Positions 37,216 through 50,307 of a DNA stretch of 64,000 nt are shown piece by piece. The first letter of the stretch is position 1. Every line of letters starts with the position of its first letter. The DNA comes from Mobula hypostoma (taxonomy: Eukaryota), in NCBI RefSeq assembly GCF_963921235.1, contig NC_086097.1:145018001-145082000 (forward strand), read 5' to 3'. The notes below the pieces were generated by a model, which saw only the letters and a program-made list of their open reading frames with translations, was not told where the DNA came from and did no database searches. The translations under genes were made by a program, and so were the position numbers.

Positions 37216-38928
37216 CGGATACCTCCTCTTATTTACCCCTCGATCGTGACCCCACTAAGGAGCACCAGGCCATTGTCTCCCACACCATCACCGACTTTAT
37301 CCGCTCAGGGGATCTCCCATCCACTGCTACCAACCTTATAGTTCCCACACCTCGCACTTCCCGTTTCTACCTCCTACCCAAGATCCACAAACCTGCCTGT
37401 CCTGGCCGACCTATTGTCTCAGCTTGCTCCTGCCCCACCGAACTCGTTTCTGCATACCTCGACACGATTTTATCCTCCCTTGTTCAATCCCTTCCTACCT
37501 ATGTTCGTGACACTTCTCACGCTCTTAAACTTTTCGATGATTTTAAGTTCCCTGGCCCCCACTGCTTTATTTTCACCATGGATGTCCAGTCCCTATATAC
37601 TTCCATCCCCCATCAGGAAGGTCTCAAAGCTCTATGCTTCTTTTTGGATTCCAGACCTAATCAGTTCCCCTCTACCACCACTCTGCCCCGTCTAGCGGAA
37701 TTAGTCCTTACTCTTAATAATTTCTCCTTTGGCTCCTCCCACTTCCTCCAAACTAAAGGTGTAGCTATGGGCACCCGTATGGGTCCTAGCTATGCCTTCC
37801 TTTCTGTTGGCTTTGTGGAACAATCTATGTTCCGTGCCTATTCTGGTATCTGTCCCCCACTTTTCCTTCGCTACATTGACGACTGCATTGGCGCTGCTTC
37901 CTGCACACTTGCAGAACTCGTTCACTTTATTAACTTTGCCTCCAACTTTCACCCTGCCCTCAAGTTTACCTGGTCCATTTCCGACACCTCCCTCCCCTTT
38001 CTAGATCTTTCTGTCTCTGTCTCTGGAGACAGCTTATCCACTGATGTCTACTGACTCTCACAGCTATCTGGACTATTCCTCTTCTCACCCTGTCTCTTGC
38101 AAAAACGCCATCCCCTTCTCGCAATTCCTCTGTCTCCGCCGCATCTGCTCTCAGGATGAGGCTTTTCATTCTAGGACGAGGGAGATGTCTTCCTTTTTTA
38201 AAGAAAGGGGCTTCCCTTCCTCCATTATCAACTCTGCTCTTAAACGCATCTCCCCCATTTCACGTACATCTGCTCTCACTCCATCCTCCCGCCACCCCAC
38301 TAGGAATAGGGTTCCCCTGGTCCTCACCTACCAGCCCACCAGTCTCCGGGTCCAACATATTATTCTCCGTAACTTCCACCACCTCCAATGGGATCCCACC
38401 ACTAAGCACATCTTTCCCTCCCCCCCTCTCTCTGCATTCCACAGGGATCGCTCCCTACGCAACTCACTTGTCCATTCGTCCCCCCCATCCCTCCCCACTG
38501 ATCTCCCTCCTGGCACTTATCCGTGTAAGCGGAGCAAGTGCTACACATGCCCTTACACTTCCTCCCTTACCACCATTCAGGGCCCCAAACAGTCTTTCCA
38601 GGTGAGGCAACACTTCACCTGTGAGTCGGCTGGGGTGATATACTGCGTCCGGTGCTCCCGATGCGGCCTTTTATATATTGGTGAGACCCAACGCAGACTG
38701 GGAGACCACTTTGCTGAACATCTACGCTCTGTCCGCCAGAGAAAGCAGGATCTCCCAGTGGCCACACATTTTAATTCCACATCCCATTCCCATTCTGACA
38801 TGTCTATCCACGGCCTCCTCTACTGTAAAGATGAAGCCACACTCAGGTTGGAGGAACAACACCTTATATTCCGTCTGGGTAGCCTCCAACCTGATGGCAT
38901 GAACATCGACTTCTCTAACTTCCGCTAA
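37216..38928 (+). pseudogene. Penelope RT-GIY-YIG polyprotein, one frameshift near 38051
   Basis: FYLLPKIHK, GRPIVS, MDVQSLYT, GVAMGT, RYIDD, FLDL (RT); CKRSKCYTC Cys linker; VIYCVRCSRCGLLYIGET..R...H and LEEQ...GMN (GIY-YIG). Confidence 0.95.
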
Positions 38929-39225
38929 TGCCCCACCTCCCCCTCGTACCCCATCTGTTACTTATTTTTATACACACATTCTTTCTCTCACTCTCCTTTT
39001 TCTCCCTCTGTCCCTCGGAATATACCTCTTGCCTATCCTCTGGGTCATCCCCCCCCCCCCGTCTTTCTTCCCGGACCTCCTGTCCCATGATCCTCTCGTA
39101 TCCCCTTTTGCCTATCACCTGTCCAGCTCTCGGCTCTATCCCTCCCCCTCCTGTCTTCTCCTATCATTTTGGATCTCCCCCTCCCCCTTCAACTTTCAAA
39201 TCCCTTACTCACTCTTCCTTCAGTT

Positions 39226-39261
39226 AGTCCTGACGAAGGGTCTCGGCCTGAAACGTCGACT
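39226..39261 (+). ncRNA. Minimal type-I hammerhead ribozyme motif
   Basis: AGTC-CTGACGA-A-GGG-TCTCGG-CCT-GAAA-CG-TC-GACT: stem I AGTC/GACT, cores at 39230-39236 and 39250-39253, predicted cleavage after GUC at 39257. Confidence 0.8.
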
Positions 39262-41186
39262 GTACCTCTTCCTAGAGATGCTGCCTGGCCTGCTGCGTTC
39301 ACCAGCAACTTTTATGTGTGTTGCTTGAATTTCCAGCATCTGCAGAATTCCTGTTGTTGCGCTCAATGGAAAAAGCCTGCTTGCATTTTCCCATCCATAC
39401 CCCTCATAATTTTGTATACCTCTATCAAATCTCTCCTCAATCTTCTATATTCTAGGGAATAAAATTCTAACCTATTCAATCTTTCCTTATAACTCAGGTC
39501 CTCCAGTCCCGGCAACATCCTTGTAAATTTCCTCCATATTATTTCAATCTTATTTACATCTTTCCTGTAGGTAGAAGATTAAAACTGCATACAATACTCC
39601 AAATTAGTCTTCACCAATATCTTATACAACTTCAACACAACAGCCCAATTCCTGTATTCAATACTTTGATCTATGAAGACCAATCTGGTAAAAATTTTCT
39701 TAATGAATCTATCTTCCTGTGACAACACCACTTTCAAAGAATTATTGTCCTGTATTCCCAGATCCTTTTGTTCTGTTTCACTCCTCAATGCCCTATTGTT
39801 CACCATATAAGACCTACCTTGGTTGGTCCTCCCAAAATGTCACACCTCACACTTGTCTGCATTAAATTCCATCTGTCATTTATCAGCCCATTTTTCCAGC
39901 TGGTCCAGATCCTATTTCAAGCTTTGACAGTCTTCCTGACTGTCTACTACACCCCTAATCTTGCTATCATCCACATATTTGCTGATCCATTTAATTACAT
40001 TAGATTGTTGATATAGATGAAAACAACAATGCACCCAGCACCAATCCTTGAAGCACACAGCTAGCCACAGTCCTCCAATCAGAGAGGCAACTATCTACTA
40101 CCACTCATTGGCTTCTCCCACAAAGGCAATGTCCAATCTGATTTACTACCTCATCTTGAATGCCGAGCAACTGAACCTTCTTGAGCAATCTCCCATGTGG
40201 GACCTTGTCAATCGTCTTGCTGAAGTTCATGGGAACAACATCCACTGCCTTGCCTTCATTAACCTTCCTGGTATCTTTCTCAAAAAACTCTATAAGATTG
40301 GTTAGACACAACCTGTCATCTACATAGCCATGCTGACTATCCCTAATCAGTACCTGTCCATCCAAATACTCATATATACAGTCCCTTAGAATACCATTCA
40401 ATAGCTTTCCCACCACTGATGTCAGGCTTACTGGCCTATAGTTTCTTGGTTTATTCTTAGAACCTTTCTTAAACAACGGAATATTAATTATCCACAATCC
40501 TCTCATACCTTGCCTACTGCTAATGATGATTTAAATATCTCTGACAGGGCCTGGCAATTTTTGCACTTGCCTCCCACAGGGTCCGAGGGAACACCTTGTC
40601 TAGCCCTAGCCATTTATCCACCTGAATTTGCCTTAAGCAGCAAATACCTCCTCTGTAATCTGTATAGGGGCTATGACCATGCTGCTGTATTGCCTCACAT
40701 TTATAGACTTCGTGTCTATCTCCCAAGTAAATCCACCTGCAAAAAATCCATTTAAGATCTGCCCCCATCTCTTTTGGCTCCATGCATAGATTACCATTCT
40801 GGTCTTCCAGAGGACCAATTTTGTTTCTTGCCATCCTTTTGCTTTTAACATATCTGTAGAATCCTTTAGGATTCTCCTTCACCTTGTCTGCTAGGTCAAC
40901 CCTCATGTCTTCTTTCCTAAATGTTTTCCTGCATTTCTTATACTCCTCACATACCTCATTTCTTCCAAACTGCCTGTATCTGCTATGCTCTTCATTTTTT
41001 TCTTAACCAGGGTCTCAAAGCCTCTCGAAAACCAAGGTTCCCGAAATTTGTATTCCTTTCCTTTTATTCTGACAGGCACATACAGGTTTTGTACTCTCAA
41101 AAATTCACTTTTGAAAGCCTCCCATTTACCAAATATACAATTGCCAGAAAGCAGCCTGTCCCAATCCACTTTTGCCAGATCCTTTC

Positions 41187-42280
41187 TGATCAGAATCAGG
41201 TTTATTATCACCGGCATGTGACGTGAAATTTGTTAACTTTGTAGCAGCAGTTCAATGCAATACATATTATAGAAGAGAAAAACTAAAATAATAATAATAA
41301 ATAAATAAATAAATAAATAAACAGATCTTATTCAGTATACTTTATACAGTATATGTATATTGAATAGATTAAAAATCATACAAAAGCCAGAAATAATGTA
41401 TATTAAAAATAAAATGAGTTAGTGTCCAGGGGTTCAATGTCAATTTAGGAATCAGATAGCAGAGGGGAAGAAGCTGTTCCTGAATTGCTGAGTGTGTGCC
41501 TTCAGGCTTCTGTATCTCCTGCCTGATGGTAACAGTAAGAAAAGGGCATGCCTGGTGCTGGAGGTCCTTAATAATGCTGCCTTTCTGAGACACTGTTCCT
41601 TGAAGATGTTCTACGTACTTTGTAGGCTAGTACCCAAGATGGAGTTGATTAAATTTACAACCCTCTGCAGCTTCTTTCAGTCCTGTGCAGTAGCAACCCC
41701 GCCCCCCCCCCCCGCCATCCCAGACAGTGATACAGCCTGCCAGAAAACTCCCCATCGGTACATCTGTAGTAGTTTTTGAGTGTATTTGTCACATACCAAA
41801 TCTCTTCATACTCCTAATGAAGTATAGTCACTGTCTTGCCTTCTTTATAACTACATCAACATACTGTATTGGGACCAGGTTAGGTCCCCAGAGATCTGGA
41901 CACCCAGGAACTTGAAACTGTTCACTCTCTCCACCTCTGATCCCTCTGTGAGGATTGGTGTGTGTTCCTTTGTCTTACCCTTCCTGAAGTCCACAATCAG
42001 CTCTTTCATCTTACTGACATTGAGTGCCAGGTTGTTGCTGTGACACCATTCCACTAGTTGGCATATCTCACTCCTGTACACCCACTCGTCACCACCTGAG
42101 ATTCTACCAACGATGGTTGTATCATCAGCAAATTTATAGATGGTACTTGAGCTATGCCTAGCCACATAGTCATGGGTATAGAGAGAGTAGAGCAGTGGGC
42201 TAAGCACACATCCATAAGGTGTACCAGTGTTGATCGTCAGTGAGGAGGAGATATTATCACCAATCCGTACAGACTGTGGT
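41187..42280 (-). mobile_element. Rex1/Babar-like LINE RT to 3' end
   Basis: LSPLLYSLYTHD...KFADDTTIVG...WCHSNNLALNVSK.KELIVDFRK...FKFLGV; ATAATAAACCTGATTCTGAT tail. Confidence 0.9.
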
Positions 42281-42333
42281 CTTGGCCTGAAGCATTGACG
42301 CTTTATTCCTTTTCATAGGAAAACCTGACCTGT

Positions 42334-43690
42334 AGACCATAAGACCATAAGATTTAGGAGCAGAAGTAGGCCATTTGGCCCATCAAGTCTGCTCCGCCAT
42401 TCCATCATGGGCTGATCCACTTCATCCAGTCATCCCCATTCCCCTGCTTTCACCCCATACCCTTTGATGCCCTAGCTAACCAAGAACCTATCTACCTCTG
42501 CCTTAAATACACCCAATGACTTGGCCTCCACAGCCACTCGTGGCAACAAATTCCACAGATTTACCACCCTCTGACAAAAGTAATTTCTCCGCATCTCAGT
42601 TCTAAAAGGACGGCCTTCAATCCTGAAATCATGCCCTCTTGTCCTAGAATCCCCTACCATGGGAAATAACTTTGCCATATCTAATCTGTTCAGGTATTTT
42701 AACATTTGGAATGTTTCTAGGAGATCCCCCCTCATTCTTCTGAACTCCAGGGAATACTGCTCAAGAGCTGCCAGACGTTCCTCATATGGTAACCTTCTTA
42801 TTTCTGGAATCATTCTCCGAATCTTCTCTGAACCCTCTCCAATGTCAGTATATCCTTTCTAAAATAAGGAGCCCAAAACTGCACACAATACTCCAAGTGT
42901 GGTCTCACGAGTGCCTTATAGAGCCTCAACATCACATCCCAGCTCTTATATTCTATACCTCTAGAAATGAATGTCAACATTGCATTTGCCTTTTTCACCA
43001 CCAGCCTGGAGGTTAACCTTTAGGGTATCCTGCACAAGGACTCCCAAGTCCCTTTGCATTTCTGCATTTTGAATTCTCCCCCTATCTAAATAATACTCTG
43101 CCTGTTTATTTCTTCCACCAAAGTGCATGACCATACACTTTCCAACATTGTATTTCATTTGCCACCTCTTTGCCCATCCCCCTAAACTATCTAAGTTTCT
43201 CTACAGGCTTTCTGTTCCCTCAACACGACTCGCTTCTCCACCTATCTTTGTATCATCGGAAAAGTTAGCCACAAATCCATTAATCCCATATTCCAAATCA
43301 TTGACATACATGTTCTGGAGCTCTTCCAGTTCCAGCTCCAGCTCCTTAACGTGAAGTGTTAGAAGTTGCAGCTGGATGCACTTTTTGCAACTGAAGTCAT
43401 CAGGGAAACTGGAGATCTTTTTGCCATCCCACATTCTGCAAGAGGAATATTCAACTACCCTGCCTGGCGTCCCTACTGTTCTAACTGTGCAATTATAAAG
43501 AAGGAAGCAATAAATAAAACGAAAAAAAAACCTACCTCAGCTTTTCGCCTTCTCTCACTCAACCCTCTCCTCAAAGTACTAAAGCCTCAGATCGCCACTC
43601 TAACACTGTCCACTCCATCAATATCCATTTCAACAAAGGCGGTTTCACTTGCTCCTGCTTTATTTTTATTTGCCCTTGCTAATGAATCCT
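42334..43690 (-). mobile_element. Internally deleted CR1: 5' UTR and ORF1 zinc-finger/zipper joined directly to mid-RT and 3' end
   Basis: ORF 43201-43434 reads CKKCIQLQLLTLHVKELELELEEL then YVNDLEYGINGFVANFSDDTKIGG; CCATAAGA tail at 42334-42352. Confidence 0.85.
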
Positions 43691-43894
43691 GATCTCTGTT
43701 TGGTCACTGTTCAAATGCAAAAACTGTCACAAAGCACTGCTTTTTAATGCACGGTCACCGATCTGTGTGAGTAACCTCTTTTCTCACTCCTGATCTCTGA
43801 TTGACCACTGTTCAAGCACTGAAACTCTTGCAAAGCACAACATATTACATTTAGTTAAGTCCTTAACTAAAATCATCATAACATTTGGTCATTT

Positions 43895-45500
43895 GGTGCT
43901 TAGCTCCCTGTTCTACTCACTTTATACTTACGAAGAAAGACTGGATGAACTGGGCTTGTACTCGTTGGAATTTAGAAGATTGAGGGGGGATCTGATTGAA
44001 ACATATAAGATCCTAAAGGGATTGGACAGGCTAGATGCGGGAAGATTGTTCCCGATGTTGGGGAGGTCCAGAACGAGGGGTCACAGTTTGAGGATAGAGG
44101 GGAAGCCTTTTAGGACCGAGATTAGGAAAAACTTCTTCACACAGAGAGTGGTGAATCTGTGGAATTCTCTGCCACAGCAAACTGTTGAGGCCAGTTCATT
44201 AGCTATGTTTAAAAGGAAGTTAGATATGGCCCTTGTGGCTACAGGGGTCAGGGGGTATGGAGGGAAGGCTGGGTTCTGAGTTGGATGATCAGCCATGATC
44301 ATAATAAGTGGCGGTGCAGGCTCGAAGGGCCGAATGGCCTACTCCTGCACCTATTTTCTATGTTTCTATGTTTTCTATGACTCTAGGCTAAGCAGAGCTC
44401 CAATGTCATAATTAAGTTTGCCGACGACACCACTGTTATAGGCTGAGTCAAAGATGGTGACGAGTCAGCATATAGGAAGGAGACTGAAAATCTGGCTGAA
44501 TGGTGCCACAGTAACAACCTCTTCCTCTATGTCAGCAAGACCAAGGAGATGATTATCAACTTCAGGAGGAAGAAACCGGAGGTCCATGAGCTAGTCCTCA
44601 TTGGGGGATCAGAGGTGGAGAGCATCAGCAACTTCAATTCATTATTGTTATCGTTTCATAGGACCTGTTCCGTTTCCAGCACGTCAGTGCTATTATGGAA
44701 AAATCACAGCAGTGCCTATAGCTTCTTAGAGGTTTGTGAAGACCTGGCATGTCATCTGAAACTCTGACCAACTTCAAAGTGGTGGAAAGTATATTGACTG
44801 GTTGTATCACAGCCTGGTATGGAAACAGCAATGCCCTTGTGCAGAAAAGCCTACTACAAAGCAATGGATATGGCTCATTTCATCACAGGAAGAGCCCTCC
44901 ATACCATTCAGCACATCTGCACGAGAGCTGTTGCGGGAAAGCAGCATCCATCATCAAGCACCTCCACCATCCACCATCCAGGCCATGCACTAATCTCAGT
45001 GATGCCATCAGGAAGAAGTTACAGGAGCCTCAGGATCTGCACCACCAGGTTCAAGAATGGTGATTACCTCTCAACTGTCAGGCTCTTAAACCAGAGAGGA
45101 TAACTTCACTCAACTTCACTCGCCCCATCACTGAACTGTTCCCACTGAAATCGACTCACTTTTAAGGACTATTATCTTATGTTCTCAATATTTATTGCTT
45201 ATTTATTTATTATTATTATTTATTTTTTTCTCAGCTCAACCTTGTAAAACCTGAGGTATGGGCATAGCCAAGCATAGCCAACAATAATGATTATTATTAT
45301 TTCATTTGTTTCTCTTTCCTCTTGTATTTGCATAGTTTGTTTTTTTTTTGCGCATTGGTTGTTCTCTATCCTGTTAGCGTGGTCTTCCATCTATTCTATT
45401 GTGTTTCTTGTATTTACGGTAATTGCCCACAAGAAAATGAGTCTCAGAGTTGTATATGATAATGTATATGTACTTTGATAATTACTTTACTTTGAACTTT
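43895..45500 (+). mobile_element. Rex1/Babar-like LINE (RT to 3' end), interrupted by a CR1 at 43928-44375
   Basis: KFADDTTVIG, VESILTGCITAWYG, PSGRSYRSLR; TACTTTGAACTTTG tail. Confidence 0.88.
43928..44375 (+). mobile_element. Young CR1 3' fragment
   Basis: Open YEERLDELGLYSLEFRRLRGDLIETYK...WNSLP; (TTTCTATG)n tail. Confidence 0.92.
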
Positions 45501-45529
45501 GTTGCAAAGAACAGAAGGATTTCAGAATT

Positions 45530-46545
45530 AACTACATGATAAGGAAACAGAGGATAATGGCTGAAGATTGATTATCCATTTGGAGTCATGTGACTTGTGG
45601 AGTACCACAGGGGTCCCTGGTGGAGCTCTGTTGTTCATCGTTTATGTAAGTGATGTGGATGTGGATGTTCATGGCACAATTAGCAAGTCTAGTCTTAAAG
45701 TAAGGGGCCTTGTTGATAAAGAAGCAGTTTATAATGAATTGCAAAGAGATCGTGTCAGTTAGGAAGATGGACTGAGGAATACCAAATGGATTTTGACCTA
45801 GAGAAGTGTGAGATGATGCTTTTTGGACAGTCAAACCAGGGTAGGATCTTTGCAGTGAATGGCATGGCACTGACAAGAGAGACCTGGGAGTTTGAGAACA
45901 TGGTTTGCTGAATGTGGCTGCAGAAGTAGACAGGCTGGTGAAACAAGCTGTGGGCCTCCATCAGTCAGGGTGATGAGTTTAGGAGTAGGGACATTATATA
46001 AGTCATTGGTGAAAACTACTTGGAGTATAGTGCTTAGTTTTGGCCACCCTGTTATAGGAAATGTATTGTCAAGCTGGAGAGAGTGCAGAAGAAATTTACA
46101 ATGAAGCTGTCTACAGTAGACCCTTTATAGTGAGAGGTTGGCCATACTTGAACTTTATTCCTTGAGGAATAGAAGATGCAGGGGTGGCCTCATAGAAGTT
46201 TATGAAATATTGAGGGGTATGGATAAGATAGACTGTCGTAGTCTTTACCCCTGGGCTGTAGAGTCCAAAACTAGAGGGGATAGATTCAAGATAAAAGCCA
46301 AGAGATTTAAAGGAGATCTAAGAGACCTCAGAGACCTTCTTTACAGAGACTGAGCTACAGAGGAATTGGTTGAGCCAGATACAACTGCAACATTTAAGAA
46401 GCATTTAGATAGGTGTATGGAGGGGAAGGACTTGGAGACTTATGGGTCAAATGCGAGCATCTGGAAATAGCAGAGAGCATGCTGTGGGTGGCATGGACCA
46501 GTTGGGCCAAAGGCTTTTTTCATGCTGTGTTACTCTGTGATTCTA
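45530..46545 (+). mobile_element. Old CR1 RT/3' remnant
   Basis: LELYSLRNRRCRGGLIEVYEILRGMDK and other decayed motifs. Confidence 0.75.
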
Positions 46546-48019
46546 CCAGCATACAGAAATTGTTGGAAGATGTCAGAAATTTATTTGGGTCTTTGGTGGA
46601 TCAAAGGTTAGAAGGCATTACTACAGGAGAGAAAAGGTCATTTGTCAGGTGTTTGAAATTTAAATGGGGTCTAAGGACAGGAGAAGTTGATAGGGGACTG
46701 GGCTTTGAAGGGGATCACAAATAAGTATCAGATAAAATGTGGATAATCTATCTGTGTTGTGATTGACAACTGATTAGTAGTTAGTTTCAGCTATTCATCG
46801 TTCTCTTTTCGTTAGGACAGAGAAATGAGCGTGTCTGAAGAGAAAAAGCAAGTAATTAAACTGGAAGAGGCCTATTGAATTGAGTTCCAAATGTCATTCT
46901 GAGACCTGCTCAGTGAGACCTCTTCTGCATAATAATGCATCCAAGGCGATGGCTATTAAAATTTTTCTCAACAACAGACACATCTCAGAAAACAATGACA
47001 AACAGAAAATGTTGCAGTTACTCAGCAGGTCAGACATCATCCATGCAAAGAGGCACTGTCAACATTTCAGTTGGTCTTTCATCAAGTCTGGAATAAGTTA
47101 AAAATCAAACTTGTTTTCAGTTGCTGAGACAGCGGTCAGGAGTGGTGATGATGGGGGCTTTGTGCAGAGAAGAAGGAGAAGATCTGCGAAAGGGTAGAGG
47201 CCAAAAGAGAATGAATGGCGCAGCCTGTGGTTCTGCTGCTGAAAGAGGGTGGTGGCTTGTATCTGCAGCTGATGCTTCTGGAGAAGATGTCAGTAGGTTG
47301 CCATTCACCAGTGGAGGTGTTCGAAATTCAGAAGTTGGATGTTCACTAGCTTTATTTGCATGGCACTGAAAAATTTGGTGTAATGAGACTGGATTCCTAC
47401 TATAGCAATTAATCCCAGTGACTTTGGGGGTTGGTCAAGAGTGAAAGAAAATCAATTCTCACACTGATTCTATTGAAAATAGAGTTGATATTCTCTATCA
47501 TGATCGCAAATAGGTTCATTTCACAGGCTGAATGATGTAATGAATATTCGGATAAACAAGAAGGCTGCAAATGGAATTAACTTTGGACTAGCCAGTACGA
47601 TTCAGTAGTGCCTCAAAGAACCAAATGGAAAGACAGAAACATCTTTCATGCAGTAGAAGTCTTATTGAAAGTGTTGAAATTGTACTGTGAATGGTTGTCA
47701 CATGTTCCACATCAACCCACTCCACAGGAACTGTGAACCTTGTGGTAACATCAGATTACTTCAAACTTAAAATTAAAATGAAAAATACTAAAAATACTCA
47801 ATGGCTTGTGTCAAATGTATGGAGAGAGAAACAAAGTTTGCATTTTTGGTCTTTGATCTTTTATCAGAATTCTGTATCATCTGTTTCTTTCTCAAAAGGT
47901 GCAGCCTATTCTCTTTATATTGCCGAAACTTCTGCTTTCATTTCAGATCATCAGCATTTACAGCTAATTGCAATAACCATATATTCCGGGGGATGTGGAA
48001 TATTTTATCCTAATTGACA

Positions 48020-48260
48020 AGGGCTTCCCTGCTTGATGATTGTGGGGAAGCTTGGCAAACTGGCTGACAGGACTGTCATGTTGGAAATATTCTCCTGTTA
48101 GCTGCCAAGGGTTATGCCAGAGATATTGATGGTGAAAGTTGTCAAACTGTTTTTCTTGGCAGCTGTGAGTAGTCCATGCTTCATTGCTATACAGTAGTTT
48201 GCAAATAACGTAAATTCTACCAATCAACATCTTAATCCTAAGGATGAAAATGTTTTTTAT
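48020..48260 (-). mobile_element. RTE-clade LINE RT C-terminal remnant
   Basis: LLYSNEAWTT...FDNFH resembles the RTE LLYGxExWT...LxxFH motif. Confidence 0.65.
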
Positions 48261-48277
48261 TTGCACTCACTTTATTA

Positions 48278-49005
48278 GTCATACAACATAGGAGACAGAA
48301 TTAGACATTTGGTGCATTGAGTCCACACCACCATTTAATCGTGGCCGATTTATTTTCCCTCTCAACCCCATTCACCTGCCTTCTCCTTGTAACCTTTGAT
48401 GACCTTACTAATCAAGAACCTATCAAACTCTGCTTTAAATATACCCAATGACCTGGCCTTCACAGCCATCTATAGAAATGAATTCCACAGATTCACTACC
48501 CTCTGGCTAAAGAGATTCGTCCTCATCTCTGTTCAAAAGGAATATCCTTCTATCCAAAGGTTATGCCCTCTGGTCCTAAATTCTCCCAGTAATGTCTACT
48601 CTGTCTAGGTCTTTCAATACTCAGTATGTTTCAATAAGATTCCACCCCGCCCCCCCCCCATCCTTCTAAACTGCAGTGAGTACAAGCCCAGACCCATCAA
48701 ATGCTACTCATACGTTAACCTTGTCATTCCTGGGATAATTCCTGTAAACCTCCTCCATATCCTCCCCAATGCCAGCACATCTTTTCATAGATTAGGGGCT
48801 TGAAACTGCTGACGATACTCCAAGTGTCGTCTGACCAATGCTTTATAAATTCTCGGCATTATATCCCTGCTTTTGTACTCTAGTCCTCTCATTTAATTTG
48901 CCTTCCTTACTATCAACTCAGCCTGCAAATTAACCTTTAGGAAATCCTGCACTAGGACTCCAAAACCCCTTTGCACCTCTGATTTCTGAATTTGCTCTAC
49001 ATTTA
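48278..49005 (-). mobile_element. CR1 3' fragment
   Basis: Colinear with 4260-5010. Confidence 0.88.
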
Positions 49006-50307
49006 GTCTAATTTGATAATTGTATTTCCTCCAGAAAAATAGTCAATCCTTAACTACTTTTTACTTGCTGAATCAGGGAATAAGCTGGCTGGGGTGTGCA
49101 AGTGATCAAAAGACTGATTGATGTCATAAGTATAAATCAAGATAACTGAGTTATGGCACGTGCCAAGTCATGGCATAAGGCATAAATCAGCACATGCAAA
49201 TAATCCTTTAATGTCTTTGCATGATTATCCACTTCTATGCAAGAAATACTGACTTAATAAACTAGTAAAAAGATCTCAAATGGTAGAATTTCAAGTCTTA
49301 AACTTCCATCCATTAATATTCCAGGTAATTTTTGTTAAAGACCATAAATCATTCTATAATGGCACCACAGATGATCATTCCGAATATTGCAATTATTTTC
49401 ACAATGTAAGGATTACTGTGTTCTTCAGAGATAGCTTGAAGGTTATTGGTTAACTATTGGCTCCAGTAGCTGGGTGCATTTCTTCTACTCCTTAGCCTTG
49501 TCTGTGCTTAGCCAACTCAGAACAGGTAGAAGAAATATAACTAGGGTCCTTCTGTGCAGAACACAGCTGTCCAGAAGCAGGACTATATGTTTTAGAGAGG
49601 CAGCTTTAAATCAAACTGATTAATTGACATTTTTATTAGCAGTGTGCAATTCATTGAAACCAATCTCATTATGAGTCTTGACCCTAATGTAAAGCCCAAC
49701 CAGAGCTGAGATAGAAAGAGAAATTGAAATGAAAAGTCTGAGATAAGCTGAGGGTGGGGGGTTGGAGAATAAACAGAGTAAAAAGACTCTCCTACTTTCA
49801 GAAACCAGACAGGTAAGTTAGCTGATTAAAAAGTTGTAACACAATAGCCAGAGACTTTATTGAGTTTATCTCAAGAGGTGCACACAACTGATTCAAATGT
49901 AAATGTGGAACCTAGTGCAGTACAGCACAGTACAGACCCTTCTGCCCACAATATTGTGCTGACCTTTTAACCTATTCCAAGATCAATCTAACTCTTCCTG
50001 TCCACATAGCGCACTATTTTCCTTTTTTGGAAAATTATCATTTTTCCACCCAATCTTTGAAGATTTGTTTTATTGAGACTGTGCTTAAACCTTCTCCAGT
50101 AGTGTAACCTATTCCAATCAGCTGAAGATGCATTATGCCCTCTTCCTCATGGGATCAGTTGTGCCATTTCCAGTCCTAAGCAATGGAAACCATGAGGCTT
50201 CCAGATTTAATCCATGGGTGAGCCAGGCTAACAAGGGGTGAGATTGTCAAGGCTTTCATCATCATTTCTGAGTGTGGAAAAGGAGATAACAATCAGTATT
50301 CACTTAC

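Larger units (their letters stand above)
37216..39360 (+). mobile_element. Penelope-like retroelement (Neptune-type), 5'-truncated and young
   Basis: RT plus GIY-YIG ORF broken by a single frameshift, followed by a pyrimidine-rich UTR, hammerhead motif and terminal tail. Confidence 0.95.
37023..41186 (-). mobile_element. Degenerate CR1 (37023-37215 and 39361-41186) hosting a Penelope insertion
   Basis: NYRPVSLTSVVGK, DKVPHGRL, NLEYCMQF; 3' tail at ~37023-37040. Confidence 0.88.
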
